DNA of 64,000 bases from Octopus bimaculoides (lineage: Eukaryota): NCBI RefSeq assembly GCF_001194135.2, contig NC_068984.1, positions 31,973,953 to 32,037,952 of the forward strand, read 5' to 3'. Below the pieces are notes generated by a model that saw only the letters and a list, made by a program, of their open reading frames with translations, was not told the DNA's origin and ran no database searches. The position numbers and the translations under genes are program-made. Of this stretch, positions 26,981 through 41,130 are shown piece by piece; positions within the stretch are counted from its first letter, which is position 1, and the number at the start of each line of letters is the position of its first letter.

Positions 26981-27350
26981 NNNNNNNNNNNNNNNNNNNN
27001 NNNNNNNNNNNNNNNNNNNNNNNNNNNNNNNNNNNNNNNNNNNNNNNNNNNNNNNNNNNNNNNNNNNNNNNNNNNNNNNNNNNNNNNNNNNNNNNNNNNN
27101 NNNNNNNNNNNNNNNNNNNNNNNNNNNNNNNNNNNNNNNNNNNNNNNNNNNNNNNNNNNNNNNNNNNNNNNNNNNNNNNNNNNNNNNNNNNNNNNNNNNN
27201 NNNNNNNNNNNNNNNNNNNNNNNNNNNNNNNNNNNNNNNNNNNNNNNNNNNNNNNNNNNNNNNNNNNNNNNNNNNNNNNNNNNNNNNNNNNNNNNNNNNN
27301 NNNNNNNNNNNNNNNNNNNNNNNNNNNNNNTATATATATATATATATACA
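26770..27350. repeat. (TA)/(CATA) compound microsatellite spanning a gap
   Basis: Direct reading. Confidence 0.9.
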
Positions 27351-27396
27351 TATATAAATATATAAGTGTTGCATTATGTACACACACATGCTCACA

Positions 27397-27436
<40 letters not shown>

Positions 27437-27735
27437 TTGATATATATGCACTCAAACAGATGTGCTATGCACAAACTCATTTGCATTAATGCATACTGGC
27501 AAAAAGCAGACACACACACACACACGTGTGTGGCTGTGTGTGCATACATATATGTATGTAAGCAAGTATGTATAAAATATGAATAGCAAATATATATATA
27601 GCCTATTTATTACATCTATTCAGTCGCTTCAGTTACAATTTTATGCCACATGTAGACACTAAAAAAAGAATGCACACACACACACACACCAACACAGACA
27701 CTCATACAGTCCTACATACAAATAGATGCACGTGT

Positions 27736-27773
<38 letters not shown>

Positions 27774-28770
27774 TCACACACACGCATACAGGCATGCACA
27801 CACACGTATACATATTTCAATAGTACAATTTATGAAATAACTATGTTTACAACATGAAAGCATGGTATAACAAGAGAACAAAACAAAAGACATGAAAATA
27901 TGCTGGAAGCTATTTACTTGACATAAGTATTTTTAGATTTGCTTATGTTGTGTGGTTTCTTCATGTTAGGAATCGATCTATAAACATATTGATTATGGCT
28001 CAGTTTTTATTTGTGTTTGTTTTTTATGATCTTTGTGTTCTTTTTCTGTATTTTTAAAGTTATATTTTTTATTTTTATTTTCAAAAACATTCACATTAAT
28101 AAAAATTCATTATTTCCAATTCATTCAAGCAAAATATTAATGAAAAATGGAATATACGAATATTGTACATTTTGGTGATATATATATATATATATATATA
28201 TAATGTATGTATGTATATACATTGTATATACATATATTTTTATGTGTGTGTATATATGTATATATGTATACATGTATGCATATTTATATAACAAGAGAAC
28301 GATATATATCTATATGTTGTTCTCTTGCTATATATATATGTATGTATATATATATATATATATATAAGTGCATATATATATATAAGTATATATATATATA
28401 AGTATATATAAATATAAGTATATATACATATATAAGTATATATAAATATAAGTATATATACATATATATAAGTATATATAAATATAAGTATATANNNNNN
28501 NNNNNNNNNNNNNNNNNNNNNNNNNNNNNNNNNNNNNNNNNNNNNNNNNNNNNNNNNNNNNNNNNNNNNNNNNNNNNNNNNNNNNNNNNNNNNNNNNNNN
28601 NNNNNNNNNNNNNNNNNNNNNNNNNNNNNNNNNNNNNNNNNNNNNNNNNNNNNNNNNNNNNNNNNNNNNNNNNNNNNNNNNNNNNNNNNNNNNNNNNNNN
28701 NNNNNNNNNNNNNNNNNNNNNNNNNNNNNNNNNNNNNNNNNNNNNNNNNNNNNNNNNNNNNNNNNNNNNN

Positions 28771-28801
<31 letters not shown>

Positions 28802-29047
28802 ATGTATGTATATATGCATATATACATTCTCACACAGAGTTAGAGAAGGAGGTATAGACAAATAAATAAGAGAGATAGCAAATTTCAGATGCAGACTATG
28901 AGAAGTTAAGATAGCAAAATAAAGTGACTAAATAACTATGTCTGTGTATTTGCAAATTATTGATATATATAATCAAAGTAAGCTAATCAGAATCTATAGA
29001 ATTATATAATATACATAGAGTCAGAAGTGTGTGTTTATATGTACATT

Positions 29048-29090
<43 letters not shown>

Positions 29091-30548
29091 GCACATATGT
29101 ATGTATAAGAGAGAGAGCGAGAGAGATTTACATACACATATATTTATGTTCATGCAGACATATATGTATGTATGTATGTATGTATATTTGTATGTATTGA
29201 AAGTAAAAGATTGTTGCAATGGAAATCAAAGTTATCTAAGTGAATTCCATAAAATATTGTTTATAATACAGAAGAGACAGCAAGTAACATATAAGAATTC
29301 TAACTAACTGGATAAACTACATATCTCTTTAAATGAGGATGTCTGCATACATTTTTCTAACATTTAGTTCTAAACATTAATCATTTAATATCTATTTACT
29401 TTTTTTTTCTGAAGGTTTACATTTGTGCCTTAATCTTACTTTCAAATTCTTCTTTTCACTTTGAAGATTAACATTTTAACATTATATATTCTGTTTACTA
29501 TCCAGTCCTTTTTTTAGGTCCTGAAGGCAAAATACATGTTCAGATATGTTTGTTTTGTGTGTGAGAGTGTGTGGTGCAAGATCTTGGCGTCCAGGTAGCT
29601 ATATTTTCCAAATACTTTTTAAACTAGTATGTGCTTACCACAAAATAGTAGTTCTTTTTGTAATTCCTGTTATGATATAAATTTACAAAACATATATAAT
29701 TTTTTTATATCAATCTTTTGTTTGTTCCCTGCATAAAACCAAGCATTCTCATTTTAAATATTGCTAGTTTGGACAGATTCTATATTTAGCAGGATTTCTT
29801 TGGCAGACGCCATTATAACCATCATGTACTTTACAGGGGGTGTGATTCTTGCATTTTATAGCTTGAGCATCTGTGCATTTTGGGTAGGATAATTACTGCA
29901 AAGTGTTTTTCCTTAAAACAAACTACTTTATTACCTATGTCTACAACTGATGTGTCATTCCTACACAATGTTGCCAGACATATTATAGAGAGAAGAAGCT
30001 ACACTTCATCATGGCACCTATACTAGAGTGGTTCCTTTGTCCCAAGCAAAGTTCAGAAGTTCTCTGTATGAATTATTGTCTTCTTTCAGTAGAACCAGAG
30101 GTTTCTTTTATTTTGACAAGATGAGAGAGGGAGGGGGAGAAAGATGAAAGTCTGTCATGAATGGTAGAGTAAGTAATTGGAGAGTGTACACACACACACA
30201 CACACACATATTGTACAATACAAACAAGAAGATGGTGTTTAGCTTAATGTCAAAGCACTTAGCTGGTGTCTTGAGGGACGTGGGTTCATGTCCCATGGCT
30301 GTTTGTAGACAAATCTTTCCATTTTGTAAGAGTATTTTACCCAGTATTTCTTCTTTTCTAATAGCAACTCTGTATTCAAAAACATATCATCATCTTGTTT
30401 GTATCATACAATATACATATCACACTTCTAATAAAAGAAAATGTTAGTTTATTTATATTTATGCACACACACATATATGTATTGTCTATATACAGACACA
30501 CAAATACACACACACATATATATGTATGTATATATATGTGTGTGTGTG

Positions 30549-30589
<41 letters not shown>

Positions 30590-31404
30590 NNNNNNNNNNN
30601 NNNNNNNNNNNNNNNNNNNNNNNNNNNNNNNNNNNNNNNNNNNNNNNNNNNNNNNNNNNNNNNNNNNNNNNNNNNNNNNNNNNNNNNNNNNNNNNNNNNN
30701 NNNNNNNNNNNNNNNNNNNNNNNNNNNNNNNNNNNNNNNNNNNNNNNNNNNTATATATATATATATATATATGAACAGACTGTCTCATGTTAAGGCTCTG
30801 TCAAAAGGACAGTAGTGAAACATTCAAATATATGTTAACGTAATAAGACTTTATCAAACTTTTGAGAAAACGTGAAATAATTCTTTTTTAGAATAATGAA
30901 TATCAAAACACATATAACTATAAATAACATCATGTAAATATTGAATCTAAAACAACTTTGAATAGAAAAATTCCAAGGCAGCCTTCAACTATTTCTATCC
31001 AAAATGATTTTTCAACCCAATATTTACTTGTTATTATTTATAGCTTTATGAGCTTCAAGATCTGCTGTTCCAAAAAATAATTGTATATGTATGTGTGTCT
31101 GTGTGTATAGCCATGGCCAAAAGTTTGGAAGTATCAGTGCAAAGCATTGTTTAAGCCTAATAAACTTTAGGTTATTTAAAAGATGTTTGTGAGTTATTTC
31201 ATCTTCGGTAAGGCAAATTCTATGGTAACTGCATTGAATCTGCCTCTCAAATTTGAAATATATCCCAAGTCTGGACAGAGGTGTGTTTGGTCTCCAATTT
31301 CAATGTTTATTCAACTGTATCGATAACAATACTTAACCAGAGTAAAGTGTTTACTGATTTTAACTTCACTAGATATTCACACTAGTATACGCTAAAAGAC
31401 ATGA

Positions 31405-31745
31405 GCAGGAGTAACAATGGCTCAGTGGTTAGAGTGTCAGGTTCACAATCATGAGGTAGTGAGTTTGATTCTCTGGATCGGGATGTGTATTGTGTTCTTG
31501 AGCAAGAAACTTTATTTCACATTACTTCAGTTCACTCAGCTGTAGAAATGAGTTGCAACATCACTGGTTCCAAGCTGTATTGGCCTTTCCCTTTCCCTTG
31601 GATAATATCATTGGCATGAAGAGAGGAGGCTGGTATGCATGGGCAACCACAGCTCTTCTGTAAACAACCTTGCCTGGACTTGTACCTCAGAGGAAAACTT
31701 TCTAGGTGCAATCCCATGGTCATTAATGACTAAAAGGAGTCTTTT
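31405..31745 (+). mobile_element. Full-length tRNA-derived SINE, family C
   Basis: A-box-like tggctcagtggtt at 31418-31430 and B-box-like gagtttgattc near 31462, followed by the body shared with 2040-2222. Confidence 0.8.
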
Positions 31746-33407
31746 ACACTAAAAAAATTAGCATAATTACACTGGCTCATTCATGAAGAGCTTCAGTACA
31801 GCTTTGATCCACCAAGTGTCATTGACAACTCTTTGGTAAACCCAGACTCTGGTAGAATACAAAGTGCTATGCAATGAGATTGAAACTAAAAATATTTCCT
31901 TGCAAAAACTTCTAACTGAACAACAATGCCTCTGCTCATATTTATTTATTTATTTATTTATGAGTTTCAGCCAAGTGGCTGCAGTCATGCTGGTGCACCA
32001 CCGTGTAATTTTTTTCTAATATGTAGGCATGTGTTCATATTCCCAGTTGCTGTTGTCATTCCCGTTATTTTTTCCTTTTAATATATCTTTTTACAGAGTT
32101 TTGGGGATTGATTAATGTTGAAAATTTGAAAACAAAAAACAGTTATTTTTATTAGATATCTATTCCATCCCACTTCCAGTTATGCACTACAGATAAAAGT
32201 CATTATATAATGTTGTTCTCTTAATTGTCTTTACTTCTCCTCCTATTACTAGCACTGGCATCTCTATCCACACTACCCTTATCACGTTTTATTTACTTCT
32301 ATAATTTTCAATCCACCTGAGCTCTCACATAATTTAAAACTTAAATTATCATAAAGAATTTCAAATTTCATCTGCACCCCTTCACCACCACAATCAACCT
32401 AAAAAATATAAATTAAAATTTTTATGAAAACTTTATACAACGAATGAAACAGACAGAAAAAATTTAGAATTAAGAATAAGAGAAAATACTTTGAATCCAG
32501 GACAATAGTTTTTACATTCCACACCTCCAGAGAAAGTCTCTTCATCAATCTACTTCTATGTCTAATTAAATTATGGTGGATAAAAAATAATTGAATTAAG
32601 AAAAAAAGGATAAAAACAAAATCTGTTTCACTTATATACACTAAAGCTTGTAATTGTTCTAAGCAGCTTTCCTAGTAATGTTTGTAAGAATAACACCAAA
32701 AACAGTTACAAGTAATATTTTCCACTTTATTCAAAGTTATTTCAGGTTAACACCTGAATATTTAAAAGGTGATTATATACACTTAAACATTTTGATCATG
32801 TTGTTGTTTTGATGTCTACAAATCTTAAACATTGTACTTATATCAAGGGGAGATAATTTACACATCTTAATAGTTGTTACATATTTGTGTGTGTAAAAGT
32901 GTGTATGTGTGTGTGTGTGTGTGTGTTTATTTTTGATACAACTCTTTATGTTTTTTTTTATTAATTTGAAATAAGAAAAAAGAATGAAGAATGTCTTGTA
33001 TGAAAGTATTTTGAAATTGTTCTGTTACCTCTTGGGAAAACAACTTTGCAAAACAGATGTGACTTTGAATTCAAGTTTCCATCATTTCTGATAGACATGT
33101 GAAAAAAAATATAAATGTAATAAAATAATAAAATTAACATTTATCAATAAATAAAAACAATCAAAACAAACTGAAAGCAGAGTTATACAGTTTAGAGATT
33201 ATAAATAAATNNNNNNNNNNNNNNNNNNNNNNNNNNNNNNNNNNNNNNNNNNNNNNNNNNNNNNNNNNNNNNNNNNNNNNNNNNNNNNNNNNNNNNNNNN
33301 NNNNNNNNNNNNNNNNNNNNNNNNNNNNNNNNNNNNNNNNNNNNNNNNNNNNNNNNNNNNNNNNNNNNNNNNNNNNNNNNNNNNNNNNNNNNNNNNNNNN
33401 NNNNNNN

Positions 33408-33475
<68 letters not shown>

Positions 33476-33727
33476 GGTATACATACAAGCACACATACAC
33501 TCATATAAACTTTATGATTTTAATATTTACTTATGCATTTTACTACGATGTGAAGTTCATAACATTTTCCAAGAAAGAGACATTTTAAATATCTTATGTG
33601 TGTAGTTATATAAATATGGATGCATATATCACATTTGCTGTATTGGAAGTAAATTTTGACCCCTATTTTAACACACTCTCTCTCTCTTTATTTCCCACTC
33701 ACCTTCTCTCTCTCTATGTATGTATAT

Positions 33728-34290
33728 AGGAGGAGGTATCCAAAAGTTCACAGACTAGCAAAGTTTAATTTAAAAAATGACTTATTTACCTGAGTTTTAA
33801 CATCATCTCTTTCAGAATAGTCATCTTGTGTAGTAATACACCAGTTCTAGCATTCCTGCCACTTTTGGAATCTGGCCTGGAAGATCGTTTTCTGTAAATA
33901 TGTCACAGACCTTCTTGCAATTCATTCTGGATCTCAACAATGGTATTAAAACAGTGAGCTTTGAACTGCATTTTGATCTTGGGGGAAAGTTGGGAGTCTG
34001 TAGGGGAAAAATCTGGTGAATAGGGAAGTTATGGAAGTGATACCATGTTGTTTTGGGTGAGTAACTCACAAGAAAGAAATATCACAGTAGAACTCTCGAT
34101 TGATGGTCTGACCTTGGAGGACAAATTCTTGATGCACAATACTGCAGATGTCGAAAAAAAACCAATGAGCATATTCTTGATTTAGCTGCAATGTTGTTGT
34201 GCACCCATCGCCATAAACTTACTTAAACATGCTCAATGTCTCTGTTGCAGACTTCTCAAGTTTAATGTAAAATTTCACGTTGGTTTTTGC
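33728..34290 (-). mobile_element. Mariner transposon, 3' part (internally deleted)
   Basis: Minus strand gives KNMLIGF-DICSIVHQEFVLQGQTINREFYC and LPYSPDFSPTD..SPKIK (mariner YSPDLAP motif). TIR-like gaggaggtatccaaaagttc at 33730. Confidence 0.85.
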
Positions 34291-34522
34291 TTATTTTTTT
34301 AAACAATTCTGGCTTTTCCTTTATTCTGTTAAATATATATTTTTTAATCAATATCCTTATTCTTAATATTTCCCAATCTTATTATAATTTCTTACCAACA
34401 TTTCATAACCAGATCAATATAAAATACAAAATACAAGAGCATGATTTAATTCCTAGATTGGTAACATATATAACTTACTATTTGAATTGCATGCAACTGT
34501 GTCTTGATATGGGTGTAATAAA
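34289..34522 (+). repeat. 234-bp direct repeat, copy 1
   Basis: Manual alignment with 37578-37811 shows about 9 mismatches (~96% identity). Confidence 0.95.
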
Positions 34523-34759
34523 TGGTACTGTTCATGAAAAAATTTGCAGACTACAGTATATACGTGATTATAAAAACACAAATTTCACAACTTGCAAAAT
34601 AAGCACAACAATGTCATTTGGCATACTGCCTCATGAAGGTCACTCTAGCTGTTCCTGCACATGCAACCATGTGTTGCCATCTGTTGGCATGCTACAGAAC
34701 AGGTCTGGAAACCATTTGATACCACCTCATAATTATATGTGACTGTCTCTGCCTGTGTT

Positions 34760-35116
34760 TCTCCCCTACAACTGCTTGACAGCTGGTGGTGATGTGTTCA
34801 TTTCCCTGTAACGTAGTGGTTCAACAAAAGAAACCGATGGAATGAGTACTAGGCTTCAGAAAATAATTAATAAGTCTTGAGGTTGATTTGTTCAACTAAA
34901 ACCCTTCAAGGCAATGCCCCAGCATGGCAGCAGGCAAATGACTGAAACGAGTAAAAGACAAAAGATATATAGACATATATATAGGCACAGTATGGCTGTG
35001 TGGTAAGTAGCTTGATTCGCAACCACATGGTTTTGGGTTCAGTCCCACTCTGTGGCACCTTGGGTCAGTGTCTTCTACTATAGCCTCAGGCTGACCAAAG
35101 CCTTCTGAATGGCTTT

Positions 35117-35155
<39 letters not shown>

Positions 35156-35322
35156 ATGCATTTGTGTTTACATCCCTGTAACTTAGTGGTTCAGCAAAAG
35201 AAACTGATAGAATAAAAATTAGGCTTATAAAGAATAAGTCCTGGGGTCAATTTGTTTGACTAAAGGCAGTGCTTCAACATGGCTACAGTCAAATGATTGA
35301 AACAGATAAAAGAGTAAAAGAA
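34760..35322 (+). mobile_element. SINE family A: a 3' fragment (34760-34965) followed by a full copy (34983-35322)
   Basis: Head atggctgtgtggtaag...gggttcagtcccact, internal (GT)n, tail gactgaaac...taaaaga. Confidence 0.85.
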
Positions 35323-35325
35323 TGT

Positions 35326-35372
<47 letters not shown>

Positions 35373-35599
35373 ATGAGAGAGAAATACCCACAGTTGCATA
35401 TATTCATATATTATGAAAATGACTAGAGGGGAAGGTTACCTGTTGCATGAAAACTCAACAGTAAAGTGGATACTGGTACTAACATTTTAATGAACGAAAA
35501 TGAAATAGACAATGCCATGATGAGTGAATTAGTATAACAGTTTTAGATATGTGTCATTCTTATTAAAATTAAACAGTATTCCATATTTAATGATTTTAT

Positions 35600-37340
35600 A
35601 TGTAATTTAATTTATCTTAATTAAATTAAATTTTATGATTCTGTGCCCAGCCTCAAAATAGAATTCAAAACATGAATCACCGAATTTCTTTGAATTGATA
35701 AATGTATAAAATGACAAAATACCTTGTAGTACTTATTTTCATACCTATATGTTCTAACTTCAAGGACCACCAATATCAACTATACTTTTAATTCTTTCCA
35801 AGTCAATAAATTAGGAACAAATCGCCCACTGGGAAATATATGATTAATTGTTCTTTTTCTAAAAATGTCATATTTCCTCCATGTTAAAAATTATTATCAT
35901 TGATTTCCTGAATGCATGGATTACCAATACTCTTTGATATCTTTGAATATTTGTCAAACTAATACAAATAAGTCAAATTATTATGCCTTCTGTTGAGCTA
36001 TATAGCATTTTCTAAATGATTTTGGCTGTCTCTTTTAAATATTTTGGTAAAGAGAAATAAATGCACTTTGGTAGGTCTAAATATTCTGAAATTACATTAA
36101 TGCTTATATGTGTAGCTTTTCTACAGGATCCTGGAATATTCCCCACCAACATTTATTTCACACGAGTTTGTTTGATTTTACAACTCTAGAACTGTGCTTC
36201 AAATATTCCCAATTAATTATATTCACTTAGGTTTTTTTGCATCAATGCAAGGCTCCCTAGTCCTGTCACATTATTTCTGCCAAAAATTACTTCCCAATTT
36301 TGTTTTAAAAGATCTATTAATGAGTTTAGTACAACAAAACTTTAAAAATAAAAATCAAAGATGATCAAATATACTGCGTATATTTTAAATATAAATATAC
36401 TTTGATATGTCAAATTAGTATATTGTATATTTATAAAAACATACAATTCACAAATTCAACTGGGATCAATACTTGAACAAGTATTGAACCAGATATAAAT
36501 GAATCCTTCAGATTTTCAATTTTTCAATTATATTACTTAGTAAAAGAATAAGAGTATTAAAAGACATACTTATTTTCAATGACTGTACTGCTTTGAACAC
36601 ATTTCCTAAGGATTGCATGGGTGAGATTGATTTATATATATTTTATTTTACCTTATGGTTTTATAACTGGGACACTTTCTTTTACTAATCCTTGAGCTGT
36701 TAACCAGTTGAAGTCTTTATCCTTTTGTTAGTTAGGCTATCGCGAGAAACTAGTTATGTCATTGCTCAGGGAAACAAAATAACAATGTCCGTTGTAAGAT
36801 TGAAAATGATGACTTTGAGTAAACACAACTTATTCAAAAGACTTCAGTTCTGTTACCAGTTTCTATAAGAAAATACGCTTTAAATCCTTTGAAAATTAAG
36901 TAGTACAGGCTTCAGCTCAAATCTTAAATATCAACAAAGTATTTCTTAGTATTGAGTCATCACAACAAAGAAAAAAAATATCTTTTGTAGGAGTTTCAAC
37001 TCACTGCAATTTGAACACAAACCCTTCTCCAACAATCTTTGTCACCCACTCTTTCAATAAGATAGCATGCCAGTCCATGACAGTGAAATGGTAGAATTGG
37101 TAGTATGTTGTAGAAGTTGTAGATACTTTGTGCTATTTGATTTTCTCTTTGAGTTTTGAAATCCTGGATGGTAAACTTAATTCATTGCCCAGTTTAACAG
37201 CACACATTGGGGACTTTAATAAAAAATCACCCTGTTACAAGAATTTAGACAAAGTCTTTAGTTTGAGGATTACATTTCCCTTCATTCCACCAATTCTAGA
37301 GGACCATGAGCTTGGTATTTTTGTCTCTGACTGAGTGTTA
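35600..37340 (-). mobile_element. Possible highly degenerate LTR-retrotransposon gag-pol remnant (Gypsy-like)
   Basis: Ordered minus-strand fragments RLLEKGLCSNC (Gag knuckle-like), VIFGRN (protease-end-like), ELK-YS*YWWSLKL (cf. LDLKSGYWQI) and YQFK. Confidence 0.3.
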
Positions 37341-37577
37341 CAAAGAAAAAAAAAATGTCAGAATTTGATACTAAAAGTATTTGGGTCTCTGAGTTTTAAG
37401 AAATGATGAAAATTTAACTTTCAGTTTATAATAATAGTTCTAATTTAGTTATCAAGTTAAATAAGCACCAAACTTCTAATCAATGCATGAAAGGTTTTAT
37501 GAAGAATCTAAATATAACTACAAGAGGAAACCTTTCTATTTTATTAGATGTATTAAGTTTATTCATTTTTATGTGAA

Positions 37578-37811
37578 GCTTATTTTTTTAAACAATTTTG
37601 GCTTTTCCTTTATTCTGTTAAATTTATATTTTTTAATCATTATCCTTATTCTTGATATTTCCCAATCTTATTATAATTTCTTACCAACATTTCATAACCA
37701 GATCAATATAAAATACAAAATACAAGAGCATGATTTGATTCCTACATTGGTAACATATATAACTTACTGTTTGAATTGCATGCAACTGTGTCTTGATATG
37801 AGTGTGATAAA
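37578..37811 (+). repeat. 234-bp direct repeat, copy 2
   Basis: See 34289-34522. Confidence 0.95.
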
Positions 37812-37844
37812 GTTTGTGCATGAACATATGTTTGTACACATACA

Positions 37845-37876
<32 letters not shown>

Positions 37877-38514
37877 ACATACAGGTACAAATATATACAT
37901 GCAGATATAAGAATACCCACAAACATATACATGAGTGTATATACAGATATGCTTGTTCACAAACATGCACGTATCTATTTTTATTTATCAAGATTTGAAA
38001 ATAAATATGGTAACAAAACACACAGAATATAATTATTTACATATATAGATGGAAATGTATATATTCAATAATATAGATTAAACTTCAAAAAATAAATGTG
38101 TAAAATGTGTTAAACACTGTTTACATATGGAAACTTTTCTTGTGTCTCCCTGTGAGTATATGTACATGAGTGAATAAATACGTTCATATATAATGTAATG
38201 TTTACTTGTTTCAGTTATTGAATTGTGGCCATGCTGAGGTACCACCTTCAAAGCCGGTACTTGATTTCTTTTAAAGCTTATACTTATTCCATCAGTTTCT
38301 TTTGCTGAAGCACTAAGTTATGGAGACATAAAAATATACTTGTTTGTGTGACAAACAAGTATATATATATGTATATATTTGAAAGAATGAGTAAAAATGA
38401 CTTTTTGAGGGGATAATTTTTATTTTAATCATAATAATAATGTTTACACTGTAAACATTAAGATTAAACTAAAAATTATATCCTCAAAAAGGCCATCTCT
38501 ATTGGTTCAGTCTT

Positions 38515-38620
38515 CTATCATCATCACCATCATTTAACGTCCACTGTCCATGCTGGCATGGGTTGGAAGGTGTGACAAGAGCTGGCAAGCTGGGGAGCTG
38601 CACCAAACTCCAGTCTGACA
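38515..38620 (-). mobile_element. RTE-LINE/SINE 3' tail fragment
   Basis: catcatttaacgtccactgtccatgctggcatgggttgga is the reverse complement of the tail at 51860-51910. Confidence 0.7.
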
Positions 38621-40117
38621 CATTCTAGCTTCATTTCTTGCATTAATTTCATTCCCTTCTTCTTGAGTTAATGCTTTTTGCATCCTAGATACAATGTTTT
38701 TAACGATCTATATATTTTTAGAGTTCCTAAATTTTTCATAAAAGAAGTGTAACAGTATATCCTATTATCGATCATATAATACCAAGTGCTTCTTAAATTA
38801 TTTTATTACTTAAACAAAGTCATGTGTGTTATGGTGGGCAATGATCATAGAGTGCAAAAGCACACATTGAATTAACAGGGGCAGAGAAGATATAGGAAAA
38901 GTCTGGGGAAAGGGAAAACAGAAATAGTAAGCACTAGGAATAAAAAGATGAGAATGGGAATGAAATTAGGAGTGAAATTAATGCAAGAAATGGAGCTAGA
39001 ATGTATCGTATTATGAACAACAAAGCAGCAACAAGGAAGGAGAGAATGAGAATTGCTAATAAAGACGAAATATGAACGATAAAGTTAGGGAAGAATATTT
39101 TGCACAAGACAGAATGAGGAAACAAAATGAGAAACAATATAAATTGTCAAGATTCCTGAAAAATTAATGAAAGAATGGTGGAGGAAATGACAATATTATT
39201 GTCAAGTGGGGAGGCATTTATGGCTGACACTGTACTATAAAATAGGCCGTGGAATTTCCACAGGTATTGCTAGTATTATTGATTCTTACTGTGGAGAGTT
39301 AGTACCTGTTTACTGCTTGGTGAACAGGATTATTTATGAGTTAAATGAGTCCACCATGAACACAATTGATTATTTGTAATCAGATGTGCAATAATCAGTT
39401 TAATTAATGCACTATTGCCTTCATTGGTTGCAATTCTCTACTCAAACATATCAAATGTTATATCCTTCAATAATAATTCCTTATGGTGGATTGGCAGAAT
39501 CAATAGAGCATTGGAAGATATACCTTACGGAGATGGCTCCAGCTCTTTACATTCTGAGTTCAAATTCTGCCAGAGTCAACCTTATCTTCCATCATAAAAT
39601 AAAGTACCAGTCAAGTATTTGATTAATGTTTTTAACTAACCCACTCCCGCAGAACTGCTGGATTTGTGCAAAAATTATAATTAATGTGAAGTATTGTGAA
39701 GCAGAAAAAATAGCCATCATAGCAGGTTTCTTCATCATCATCATTGGCACGTTTCTGTGACTGGGTGCTATACTAACACCAGCCATGCTAGAGTGTGTAT
39801 TAGATGTTTTTGTAGTGCCACTAGCATCAGTAAGATTGATATGCAACTTAGAACACTATGATCCCTTTCATCTCAATGATGATACAGTAGAGATGATAAT
39901 GACCTTATGCTTTGAGATGTGGGCTTAAAGAACGAAGGAAATTTCCAGAATATAGAGCAGTTGTCATCCTGTAGAGCAACTATATGTCTCTCTCTTCCCT
40001 TGCTATCTCTTTCTTTCTCTCTCTCTCACACTATATATATACATATTATACATACATATATCTATCCATATATATATATATATATATATATATACTATAC
40101 ATACATATAAGTATATG

Positions 40118-40170
<53 letters not shown>

Positions 40171-40559
40171 GGAGGAGAGCAAACAAATTCAAAGATCGAT
40201 GTATATATTCATTCAATCCATATATTAACGAAATTCTCCATAGTATACAAAGTACATACATAGATGCTTTCATCTATATGATATATAAAAATTTCTAAGA
40301 ATTTATAAATACATACATATACGCGAAAATTTATACATATATAAAAATTCACAGACATGTAAAAATTTATAAACACATAAAAATTCATAAATATAAATAT
40401 ATGAAAAATATAAGTCCATAAATACTTGCGAAGTTCGAATGTTCGAATTTGAATCAATGAAGAAGTGGATGTAAAATGATTCATAAGGAATCTGAAACAT
40501 GTATAAAGTCTATGTGTAAAGTTTTACGGATGTTTTGAAAAGATATAGGTTGCTATTAT

Positions 40560-40598
<39 letters not shown>

Positions 40599-40619
40599 CA
40601 CATACACACATATATATAT

Positions 40620-40818
40620 AAAGCAAATAAGTAACAAGGCAGTCCAGGTTTTAGTGCATTACAGCCAATTCAGGCGGCTCCATTTAATTGATCAATGCAA
40701 GCATTACCTCATTTTGATGTAATGCTTGCCTTGATCTATAAAATTGATCTATTAAATGGAGCTGCCTGAAACGGCCTTAATGCACTAATACGTTAACACC
40801 CTTGTTACTTATTTGCTT
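40620..40818. repeat. Fold-back palindrome (~200 bp), MITE-like
   Basis: Outer arms aaagcaaataagtaacaagg (40620-40639) and ccttgttacttatttgcttt (40799-40818) are a perfect 20-bp inverted repeat. Inner arms 40651-40707 and 40719-40788 are imperfect. Confidence 0.85.
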
Positions 40819-40929
40819 TTTATTCACCTTACCTCAAGCTCTGCGGATAATACTGGACTGACTTGGTGCCTCAACTTATGTTGCTAATTCATTTGAATCT
40901 TACACACACACACACACATATATATATAT

Positions 40930-41130
40930 ATCATTCACCATGAAAGATCGCTAACCACTACACACATTCTTTTTCTTTCCTCGTTTCTTTCTGTGTTCCT
41001 TTCTGTGGAAGAGCATAGGCTCGAAACGTTAAAGACTTTTTCAATTCCTGAGTGTTATACTAATACATCTATTTGTTTCCTACACCACCTGTCTTCGTCT
41101 ATTGTTTTTTTTTGTGAATTTTCCCTATAT
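40930..41130 (+). mobile_element. PLE terminal-repeat-like fragment with degenerate minimal hammerhead motif
   Basis: ttt-CTGTGGA-a-GAGC-atag-GCTC-GAAA-cgtt-aaag at 41000-41034. Confidence 0.5.

Noticed and set aside
29790-29885. AG/GT-bounded open segment (DFFGRRHYNHHVLYRGV...)
   Set aside because: No recognisable homology and no partner exons.
31410-31480. tRNA-like sequence (also at 20124, 34990, 45900 and 50750-50818)
   Set aside because: A/B boxes are present but there is no complete cloverleaf; these are SINE heads.
34289-37811. 234-bp direct repeats as LTRs of the Gypsy-like remnant between them
   Set aside because: No TG...CA ends, PBS or PPT, and 96% identity conflicts with the heavily decayed interior.
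40425-40455. gttcgaat tandem as a heat-shock element
   Set aside because: Only one correctly spaced GAAnnTTC; three contiguous pentamers are absent.
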